A DNA stretch of 63,228 bases, the filler included, from Choristocarpus tenellus KU-1152 (Eukaryota > Protista > Phaeophyceae): NCBI GenBank assembly GCA_964200185.2. It is 10 parts of 10 records of this genome, joined end to end, with 100 filler letters (N's around TTAATTAATTAA, not from the genome) between each part and the next. Parts side by side here need not be neighbours in the genome. Positions count along the whole stretch, not along the records: positions 37,638 to 44,160 come from CAXNAD020007946.1; positions 44,261 to 49,933 come from CAXNAD020010058.1; positions 50,034 to 63,228 come from CAXNAD020001557.1; 7 more parts are not named here. One strand, 5' to 3'. Under the pieces are notes generated by a model that worked only from the letters and a program-made list of their open reading frames with translations, made no database searches and was not told the DNA's origin. Shown here in pieces: positions 41,050 through 51,973 of the stretch (its first letter is position 1; each line of letters opens with the position of its first letter). A program made the translations under genes and the position numbers.

Positions 41050-41930
41050 GGAAGCTGTTGTTTCCGGAGACTGGTGTACATAAATGTACTGGTTAATTCC
41101 TTTCTGGGTTGAACAGGATGTAGATGAAGTAAGGAAAGAGAAAGGAGTAGGCCTTCATCTCCTAAGAGGGACTCCCTTGTCTACCACTCAATCATATTCT
41201 ATGTGTCAATAATTACTCATGACCGATTACTTGCGACAATTATTCCCATTCCTTAATCATTCTTCCTTGTCCTATTTCATTAGCGCGTTCTTATCTTCTA
41301 TTCTTCAGAATACGACCTTCTTTTGTTCCATCAACTGGTTGGTTCTTACACAATCTATTTTGTTGGAGGGTATGTATGCTGCCCCTTCAGAAGTGAACTC
41401 CCACGGGAGTGAACTTGGTCAAACCCAGCACAGCATTATTCCCCCACAACCCTGAGAGGGCTTGGCGGAGCACAACACATGGTCCCCCCATCCTCGTGGG
41501 CGTAGGAAAGAAAGGAAGGCATTTCGTGGGAGACCAACGGCGTCTAAGTAAAGGGAGACATAGAGGCAGGATGCTGTGGGTTGCTCGCTGTTGTGCGAGG
41601 TATGTGGCGCAGGGGGTGGGCCAGGGTCCCAGGATTTGTGGGTCAGACAATGGGCCCAGGTCTGACTCTAAGTGTGAGTGAGGGATAGTGAGGGTGGGTT
41701 GGGGTGCAGGGGGGAGGGGTGCCCTGGCCTGTGGGGTGAGGTGGGTGGGGTGTAAGCTCTGGGTTGAGATGTTGTGCGATGAGAAAAGGTGGATTTGGAC
41801 TGCAGTGGTGGCATTTAAACGGGCTATGAGCTCGCGAGGGAGTGAGTGGGTGGGGTGTTTGGCTGTTGGGGGTGGTGTAGGTGTGTTTGAAGAGGGTGGG
41901 AACATTTGAGATACTGCTTTTGTCATATAG
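41050..41930 (-). mobile_element. Possible retroelement ORF relic (Pro/His-rich, strand-biased)
   Basis: 179-aa Pro-rich ORF followed by a stop-riddled charged segment. Composition resembles contig 1. No diagnostic motif. Confidence 0.2.
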
Positions 41931-42373
41931 TTAGTCCTTGGTTGCCTGAAGCTGCTATATATCTGCTCACTATGGCGTTTTTATTTTTTGGGGAGAGGTT
42001 GGCAGCAGGTAGTTCGAGGTGGTGTGCTAATGATGATGTAGGCATTGCAGTACCACTATTGTATTGTCATCATCAGTTGGTTTTTTGGTTGTTGTACTAG
42101 GTATGTCCTTTGAATTGGAAAAAGTAATACTCGTAATATATAATACTGAGTAGTACTCAGAAAGTATATAACAACAGGATGCAGTCATCACCTCCAACAC
42201 AATCCAAATCAGCGCAAACCAAAGGGGAAACATGCCCATCCATGAATGTTGTGCCTTTCTTCGTAACTCATTTGCTAAAAGTTGATGACCGCAAGTAGGA
42301 AACTCTTTATCATGTGCGCTGGCCAGTCTGGGAGTGATTCCACTAGGGGGATGATTGAGAGCAAATCCCACAG

Positions 42374-42632
42374 GAGAGAAAGTGTCTTAGAGGGTACGAG
42401 CTTAGCCGTGTTTGTCCATTTGGGGCTTGGCTTCCCACGGGTTCATAAGAATATCTTACCTACTCCAAAATGTTTCAGTGTAGGTAAAATGTATACGTCA
42501 TGAAAAGGAGTGTCTGGAACAAGGATATTAACACCTCCTAACAAACATGATAGCCAAAATTACATCAAAATTGGAACATTGGATTTTGGCCCCCAAATGG
42601 ACGCGGCTTTACCCTCTAAGATACTTTGACAC
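42374..42632. mobile_element. MITE family A copy
   Basis: Full-length homology and TIRs. Confidence 0.88.
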
Positions 42633-44260
42633 ACCTGCCTATCCGTATGCCATGTGTCTCTTTTCATGTCACCAATGATCAACCTTGGTGGCCAACAGTG
42701 TGCTCTTCGTACCTGTTGCCTCAAGTCTTGCTTAAGCTCCATGCCCTGACTTCGAGGGTTGTTCCAACAGGGAGGTGATATTGGGTCAAGAGATTCAATT
42801 GCCTAATAATACTCAACAAGACTAGAAGACCAGAAAAATGTAGGAATTAATTTGACAAATTGTTTACGATTTTCATATAGTGTACATTATTTTTACACTC
42901 CGAAATAATGTGCAGATAATTTTATGTGTATGATATATCATGTCAACATTGAGGGAAGTGGTGTTACATTAATACCTTGGAGTTCTTGGTGATTTGAAAT
43001 GGGGTAAGTTATAAGCAATCGCGATAGGGTAGATAATAGGTGGATGAAATGTGAAGAGATTAAAAAGGGCTTGCAACAGCGAATCGTATCGCCATTCCTT
43101 CTTATTATAAACGATCATTCTCGAACAAAATCCATTCTTTATTCACTTCGAGGAACTAGAATTCGAGTTTCCCGTGAACAATGGTAACCTCAGGAATAAT
43201 TACCTCAATCTCCTACTTATGTGGTCACTGATACACCAAGTATTACCTGAATAAATCCTCCAATCATTAACGTCATTAGAAGGGTTCTTCTATCACATTG
43301 GCAATTGAAATCTTGTTACTTCTCGTAAAGTTTGAAATACGGACAAGTCTTCAACAACTAAAAAGAAAATCAACAAGGACTAACAGTCTAACTTCCACCT
43401 GCAGACCAGAAATCACCCCAATACCTCGAGCATTCTCTCACGGCCCTATAGATAGGGTGTTTCCACCACCATGGGAATAATAGGTAGGAGTTAGATTTAA
43501 AAATAGAGAAACAAAAATGCGAAATGCTCTACGCTTCCGTCACAAAACCACCACTTAAGACGCAGGTCTCCTCTGGTAGTTGCCTCTATCCTACCATTGT
43601 CAGATTCTAGTGCCTACTTCCAAATCTTGGTATGGGCAAAGTACCATCCAAGCTTAAGTGAGGAGAAAAGGGACATCTTTCATAACAAATACAAGGAGCT
43701 GGCCTGGATCAGGCGAAGGCCCAAAGTATTTGGGGAGGGTGGCAGCTGTCACTTTGGGGCTAATTTTTTCATGTCGCGATTTTTGAGTGATTTGATTCGA
43801 TACGTTGGATGGATAATAAAAGGTGCACTTTTCTTGGTTTATATTCAAATTTACACTCTGGTGTAGACCCCCCCCGCAAGATACTTTGAGGCCCTATGGG
43901 TTCAATATGTTCTAATCTACATCCCATCCCAAGTGAAGTACTCTGTAAGGAGTCATAGAGATATATCTACTACAACCAACTACTAAACACACCCAAATAT
44001 GGAACAAGCGTCAGAAAAAACAAATATATCAAAAACAAAAATGGTTCTATTTCACTTCCATACCCCCAAATCATACCTCATATGGGGCAGCAATGTCACC
44101 CACTTCCTCGAAAAACAAAGAGATGGAAACTACTTCGTGTTATGCTAATCTTTGCATGCANNNNNNNNNNNNNNNNNNNNNNNNNNNNNNNNNNNNNNNN
44201 NNNNTTAATTAATTAANNNNNNNNNNNNNNNNNNNNNNNNNNNNNNNNNNNNNNNNNNNN

Positions 44261-44457
44261 CCACAGGTTTTTAATGACATTTTACCTACTCCAAGATGTT
44301 CCGGAGTAGGTAAAATGTATCCATTATGAAAAGGTGTGGGCGGAACAAGGGTATTGACATCTTCTGACAAACATAATAGCCAAAATTACATCAATTTGCA
44401 AAATTGGATTTTGACCCCCAAATGGACGCGACTCTACCCTCTAAGATACTTCGACTC
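44261..44457. mobile_element. MITE family A partial copy abutting a family B terminus
   Basis: The family A end ...gatacttcgactc is followed directly by agccacccccctcagatgcttagagcc (family B end). Confidence 0.8.
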
Positions 44458-45442
44458 AGCCACCCCCCTCAGATGCTTAGAGCCTGCTGCCAGAAAATTT
44501 CCAACTATACATTGCACTAACCTGCGTGCCGCCTGCTAGTCTTCGGCCGCTGGGCATAATGAACTGATCCCCAGGAAGTTGCTTAAGACCATTGTTGTGG
44601 TACACCTCCTTGTCCTCATCACTCGCAGACAAGTAATCCTGGCATATCACACAGTCAAAGGTATTAAAAATGGGACAACAAAGTTGGAAATTTAAACAGA
44701 GTATTTTGATGACAACACTCATGTTAGAGCCTTCAACAATGGACTAATGTATGTCTGTCAACAGTGAGTCAATCAGATATGCCCAAGATAAACACAAATT
44801 TGAATAATTTTTCCATGGAAATACCTTAGAACGGCTGATTTCTTCAAATAAACAAATAGGTAGAAATCATAACCAGGTAATTGCGTATGGCCCTCGCATA
44901 CTCCAAGTATCAATCTACATACCATCTTCCACCAGCTAATAATTCTTAATGGGCTGAAACTCTCGACACGAATACCAAGACAAGATCATAGTGTGGTCAT
45001 AAAATTTGAGAAAAAGGTGTCAAGTCAAAATACTGCAAGACGAACCTTTGCTGCTTTTGTCCGAACAACAAGAGGTATCAGGGAAGATCAGTCCGAGTGT
45101 TGGAAGATTAATACCGTAAGAAGGTTCGGCTTATCAGATGTAGCCAGAGAATATGCCATGCCAAAAAATATTGATTACAGAAACAGAAGGTAGACCACTC
45201 AAGAAATAAAAGGATTAGTGTACAACCTAGGACGGTACAATCATTTTCCGATCTCTCATTATCAGTTGTCATGGGCTTAAATGACTCATCTTGACCGTTA
45301 CTTCTCTTGTCATTCTTGCAGAGGCTTAGCCATCCTCATTCTTTAAACCCATCCATTGGCACGACTTGCAAACCACAACATATAAAAGTTCACAATCTGC
45401 AACGTAATACTCCATGTTTGATGAGGCACAGTAACCGCTCAC

Positions 45443-48089
45443 CTTCAGCATTTTAATGTCTTGGACCTTCGCATCTAGGTCAGATCTTTCCCCCTGACCA
45501 CTCCTGCCACTGCCGCTGCTTTTTCCTGGAGTTTTTCCTTTTTGTCGTACTATGTTTGAATCATCGCGGGGTCCTCTTAGTCGGCGGGTATTTGGTTCTT
45601 CATGGTAAACTCGAGATGTGGGCCCTTTCTTTCCCTTACTCTCACGTGTGATCTAGTTGAAGAGGTATCGGTAGCCAATAGGCAACATTGCATTAATACT
45701 TACACTTAAAGATTCTTCTTGATCAAGTGAAATTACAAACACCACACAACCTGTATGTGAACATTAGTACGCACGTTTGACACCACAAAGCCATATATAT
45801 AAACCCACCTCGACCATGCAGATGTCCTTATGATCTCCAGCTGGGCAAGGGACAGACCTCATGAATGTTTTCCAGCCACCAACGATGGGTGCATCAACTT
45901 TGAGCTGAAATGTCTATATATTGAGACAGGGCAAAAAGATACAAGGAAAGAGCATACACAGAAAAAGCGTGGATCTGCGTGCTTGCGACATCTCATAGGA
46001 GAAGGTGTCAATATATATATAGAGAGAGAAAGAGATAAGGGTGTAACCTCAAATGAAACAAACCGACCTTTTTGAGGAAGTATTGTGCTCTGCAGATATT
46101 TTTGGTCAATGTATTACTAGTGTCTCAATTGTTGTATATTGATGGAACACAACACATGGCAAGCAATGATCTCCGAAAGAGCACAAGGTTATTCACTGGC
46201 TCACCTCTACATCACAGTCATCAGTCCAGGTCATAGAGACTGTCCGATGAAGGCTTGTCACTTCTGCTGTCGAATCAATAACATCACCCATCCAAACCTG
46301 TTTGCAGTATACAATGAGGTTAGACACGCAAATTCCGAACTGAACATACTTGCAATCCTTCAACAACTTGATGTGCTATCAACCCTAGATTGTGCAAATT
46401 TGAGCAATAAACACATAGGCAGTATCTGTTTTTTGGCGTATATCAGGGATGGTGGGGAAGTAGAGTTGACTGCCCGACTTATAGAGCGTTAAAGGTGAAC
46501 CAGTTTCCAGTGGCTTTGAGAAGCTAGAAACCAATAGAATGGCTTCACTACTCCAAGTCCACCAAACACAAATTCATCCTGCAATATTCTTCACAAAATT
46601 GAGAGGCCATTGAACTGTTTAAAAAACTGTGAATCCTCACTTGGAGGAATGACCGTGTGAATAAGAAGCACTGCATAAAACAACTGTTGCAGCCTCGAGT
46701 GCTCTTACGCAGATTTCTGTTTTCTCCACAGAAAATATAGATCAGCGTGAACGAAGTTGACTTTAAAACCCTGACCCTGTAATAATATGATATATTGAGA
46801 ACCTCCAAAGAAAAGATCAAGGCATCCTAACCGTAAGTTCTTGACTGTGATGCTAATTTCATCTTGACCTCACAAGAGCAATCCATGGGCAGTTCTTGAG
46901 CAAAATCTTACCTTTCTGGCTTTGCCGTTTGAGAATTTCTCCCCACCAAGTACTGTGAAGTAGCTCAAAGATGCAGTAACAGTCTGGGCAATGAAAAATA
47001 AGAGCAAATAAGCAATTGTTGACGAAGAATTCGACACCAACGTGTGTATCTCTACTTGGCTAGCATATGATGCAACCTTTTTGGAAAAATAGTTGCAACA
47101 TCAGCCTGTAGGTATGGCGCTGCTTGTGATGCCTTGAAGATCTTCCAGACTCATATCGCGTGGTTCTGAATACAGGGAACAATACAATTTGCAATACTCT
47201 ACTTGATTCTTCATCAATGCTCCAAAGTCGGATGAAAGGTCTTCACACCACGAGACTTTGACGTAGGTATATTCAATGCGTAATCCATGCTGAGACCAAT
47301 GCTATAATGACTTATCAGGCCTCGTTGGCGCATGAAGGGCTCCACATTTGCCCACCTCTGTATTACTGATGACGAACTGGAGATGTGAGGCACCCTCTGC
47401 ATTCTTAAGGTTGTCGCAGTTCAACCTCCCCAGTTCGATGTTGTTCACTTGTGGGTAGAACGTGTGGAATGGAAAAAAAAAGATAAAAGTGAGAAGGATG
47501 ACCTCGCTTGACTGTATGACAAAGCAAATTCACCTATCAATTTCAACCAAAGACAAGAAAACGACATAAAGGAGGAATAGATATAAAACCACTTGGCCTC
47601 AACGGGAAATCGAAGTGCATGGCACACAAATACCCTTCCGCGAGACCCACGAAGATCAACAAATCAGGAATCGAAAGTACCCTGCAGGAGAAGATCAGAG
47701 CTAAAATACTGCTATAATATAATTCACGCAAAACTACATCTCTACCATTGATTGTGTAAATAACACCTTTCGACAGGTAAGGTTGTCAAACACATTCTTA
47801 TCGGAACCATATTCTTCATTTTGTCGTCCCTTTCTCTTTCACCTTCGGCTCGCTCGTCCTGCTCTATATTGGAAGTGATATTGCGTATGATTGAGTCATC
47901 AGAGATAGACCTTAATCCGTCAAACCCCGACACAGGGATTTGCAGGTCCCCAATTCCAGCTTGACCGGACGCACTAGGTGTAACTGTCCCAACCACCAGG
48001 GGAAGCATTTTTAAAGCTCTCATTTGCAGTTCCAATTCTCCCAGCGTCCTGCTGGTGTCTCTGTGGTTGTGGAAGATTAACAACGGCAT
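45443..48089 (-). pseudogene. Short-intron multi-exon gene relic of unknown function
   Basis: A series of AG...GT-bounded blocks (e.g. VWMGDVIDSTAEVTSLHRTVSMTWTDDCDVE ~46297-46205; LKVDAPIVGGWKTFM ~45904-45858; 115-aa ORF 48089-47742), mostly under ~200 nt apart. Several contain stops. Confidence 0.4.
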
Positions 48090-50125
48090 CTTAGCTGAGA
48101 GAGAATGGTGCCGATACTACTCGCAAAACGTATCTAGTTCAATAGTTCCGTGCAATCTTTGGGAACGTTGTATGGTATGCATGTCGACTGCGATCCTAGG
48201 CGAACTTGGTGTACCCTTTTCTCTTCAAAAATAAGAAATAGTCGGTGGATTTTTCGACTTTCGAAATGTCGTTTTACAGGTCAAAATATGTCATCGGTCA
48301 ATTCTCTACTTAGAGTGACCAGGTGGTACAAATTCCCTGTGTTTCACCCTTGATGATGTGCCTGGCACAATATGATACCTTTGCCAGTAATGAAGAAAAA
48401 GGTAGATTGAGGTTCAAATTCTTCTTCTACCGTTTATTCCGCAAGCTAAGGTATTCTGTAAGCTAGTTGACCCACATTTCTCCTCTCGTTGTGCATTCCA
48501 GACGACGGTCGATCCGATGAAAGACTAACGCATCTCATGTGTAGCCAAGGGAAAGCAACCACCAGAAGTTGTTCATTGCGAAAAATAGGGAATGTCTTGC
48601 TAGAAAAAGAGTATATTACGGTATAGAAGTTACTGCACCGTCATCGTGTGGATCGCTCTCTAAACATACTGTTGCATAACAGCATGAAGGTCGCTCTTGT
48701 CACTGCACCCCTTACCTCTTCTCTCTCCTGTACCTATCGATGTTGTATAGCACGATTAAGCGTCAGTTTGCGTTTTCGTATGTATACAAATGCTAGCTAG
48801 ATATATGCAGTTGTATCAAACCACCAAAAAATATTATGTTAAGAGGTGGATCGATCAAGATTTGTCGAAACAAAAAAGGACTATTATTGGTGTTTCCAAT
48901 TTCCATTTCATAAGCTTCCGAAACGAACGTACATATAATATTGTTTTTCATCCAATTTTCTTCCAGCATTTCTATTCCAAACTATTTCCAAAAACTATCA
49001 AACTACAAACTTTACTTAATAAACCTGTTCATATTTTTATTGTCTTCTTAATTGATTAGAACATCTATCACCAATTAGTATTATGTAGTTTGAAGCATTC
49101 GACTATACATTCCAAAATTTCTAGTAAATATTCTAATTGGTACATCTCGAGGAAAATCAAATCAAAATATTTGTTCGAAGTTTAGGATTGTTGACAATGT
49201 GAACAAAATATCTCAAGATTCAATATTGGAGAGTATCTATTCTTACTCGAATTTTTTTGAGATGATTTCAGCCATGGGAAGACAAAGCACTTTCTCCAAT
49301 GTTTCTGTAGGATATGAGACTGGTGTAAGTTGTGACAAGTGAGGTGGAGTTATGAAATAATTATAGATAGTTTAGGCATTTTTTTGTTCCAAACTCCACA
49401 CCTGGAGGATTTGGTATGGCATTGGAGGAGAGAATAACTCGCAACAAGAAGCTGGAAATCTTGAAGAAGACGAAGATGAGCCCGAGACTGCTCAACTAGT
49501 CAATATGAGGCAAGCAAGGTCTCTCAAGTAACTGGTAGAGAACTGTGACCAGGGACAGGAGCTAGTGGTGGGGTGACAACAAGGAGCACAAGAAGCGCGA
49601 CTGCTAGACGTGTGACACCACATGGAAATCAAGTCAATGAAGGCATCCTAGCTTTCCAAGATTGAAGGAGTGAAGGTCGGAATACCTGAAATTGAAGGTG
49701 ACCAACTGGAAAACGTACTCACCATATCCACCCTCTCGATGCCAGACGGACAAGCCAGCAACTTGTCTCCACAACCCAATACCCTCGCTCAACCAATGTC
49801 TCGTCTTCACTAGAGGCCAGACACTGGGAAGTGGCACTGAAATCCGAGAGGAATGGATCGGTAAAGAACAGAGGATTTTCAAAATTGGGGATGGAGCGGG
49901 ACTACGAGGATGGTTGTTTTGCGAAAACGGTCTNNNNNNNNNNNNNNNNNNNNNNNNNNNNNNNNNNNNNNNNNNNNTTAATTAATTAANNNNNNNNNNN
50001 NNNNNNNNNNNNNNNNNNNNNNNNNNNNNNNNNTAATAGTCCGCCGATTACTTCTGGTCAAATACCCTAACCCTAAATATCCCAAATGTCCCGCATTATC
50101 TTCTGTGCGTACATAAAATAATACT

Positions 50126-50434
50126 TCAAATCATATTCTCACAAATGGTCAAAGGCCACCCTATCCACCTTGTGTTGGTTGGAGAGGAAGGTCTTGATGA
50201 CTCTTTGACATGGTTTGACCCCTCCCGTCTCCTCGATATTCCTCCTCTCCTCATCATCCCTGGGGTGACTTTAGACTTCTCAGCCCATCTCCTCTGACTG
50301 GTATGTTCCAACAGATGCACTGCTTTAATCACATCAATATCCTCTTGCAGAATGGTTCTTGGCCGTCCGTTGCGTCCAGAGGCTAGACCCATGCCCTCCC
50401 CATTATCGCAGCTCTGTGATGCCACCCTCACCAA
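50126..50434 (-). mobile_element. Tc1/mariner (DD39D plant/oomycete-type) transposase HTH-region relic
   Basis: GRNGRPRTI...IKAVHLLEHTSQRRWAEKSKV...(fs)VIKTFLSNQHKVDRVAF resembles G.K....I..IPL..RTT.R.LA...KP.LT..NK..R..F of mariner-like transposases. Confidence 0.55.
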
Positions 50435-50561
50435 CCGAGCCTAAGTTGTTGTGTCCATTCCGTACTTTTGTGCACTTTGCAATCGGGCACCTCTTTCAAC
50501 CCTGGCACAGGTTTTGAGCAGCCAAAAGTATTCTTCAACGGTAGCTTGCCACTTGAACGTG

Positions 50562-50775
50562 ACATACATGTCTTGATATACATGTCTTAACATACATGTC
50601 TTGATATACATGTCTTAACATACATGTCTTGACATACATGTCTTGATACATGTCTTGACATACATGTCTTGATACATGTCTTGACATACATGTCTTGATA
50701 CATGTCTTGACATACATGTCTTGATACATGTCTTAACATACATGTCTTGACATACATGTCTTAACATACATGTCT
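50562..50775. repeat. Minisatellite of (CA)TACATGTCTT(G/A)A units
   Basis: Tandem 12-14-bp units, each with a palindromic ACATGT core. Confidence 0.95.
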
Positions 50776-51117
50776 TTCACGTTTCCCATCGTGCAAAGTA
50801 TGGTTTTGATTGTTTCCGCTTATCTCGATAATGTGAAGTTCTGGTGTGTTGCAATCACCCTTCTCAATAGGAAGGTAACAAAACGTAACTGCACAATTTC
50901 ACAGTTTCAGCCCCAATTTTGACACCCTGCAACAAAGTGCTCTACCTTCACCGGCGATGTCCTCGAGATCGGCAAACCCTCAGACGATGCTTAGGGGCTT
51001 GTTTGAAAGCTCATAATTTGGGCATCACCATGTGTATCACCAAACAACAATTTTGGACACCCAAACAGGAAACACCCAAACAGGAAACCGTGCGCCCAAA
51101 AACATAGGTGTTTTACA

Positions 51118-51870
51118 TCAATACTAACATATACATGTCATACAACACTATCAATACTAAAATGTAGTTATTGTGTAACACTACCAATACCAACATATAG
51201 TTATCACATAACACTAATATAGTTACCGTTCAACACCATCAATACTAAAATGTAGTTATTGTGTAACACTATCAATACTAACATGTAGTTATCACATAAC
51301 ACAAATATAGTTACCATTCAACACCATCAATACTAACATGTAGTTATTGTGTAACACTATCAATACCAACATGTAGCTATTGTATAAAACTATGAATACT
51401 AACATGTAGTTATTGTGTAACACTATGAATACTAACATGTAGTTAATTTGTAACACAATCACTACTAACAAATAGTTATCGTGGAACACTATCAATACAA
51501 ACATGGAGATATCATACAACACCATCAATACAAACATGTAGTTATTGTGTAACAATATCAATACTAACAAACAGTTATTGTATAACACTATCAACACTAA
51601 CAAATACTCATTGTGCAACACTCTCAATACTAACAAATAGATATTGTGTAACAAAATCAATGCTAACAAATGGTTATCGTGTAACACTATCAATACTAAA
51701 ATGTAGTTATTGTGTAACACCATCAATGCTAACATATGTTATTGTACAATACTATCAATACTAACATGTAGTTATCATGTAACACTATCAATACAAACAT
51801 GTAGATATCGTGTAACACTACCAATACGAACATTTAGCAATCGTATAACGCTATCAATATTAACGTGTTA
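51118..51870. repeat. 33-bp minisatellite (AACACTATCAATACTAACATGTAGTTATTGTGT)n
   Basis: About 20 diverged tandem units in a GT32 intron. Confidence 0.95.
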
Positions 51871-51973
51871 TCGTACAGCACCATCAAAATAGTAACATAT
51901 ACATATCACAAAACATTGTCCAAAGAGCATCAACACCCGCTAACCCTAACCCTAACCCCCATCCTGAGTATAC

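Noticed and set aside
20180-47700. Stop-codon reassignment explaining in-frame stops in orphan genes
   Set aside because: The five conserved genes have no in-frame stops, and the broken genes also show frameshifts. Ordinary decay fits better.
50562-51870. CRISPR array or repeat-protein genes (ORFs 50535-50729, 51292-51735)
   Set aside because: These are head-to-tail minisatellites, and the ORFs are best explained by the repeat unit.
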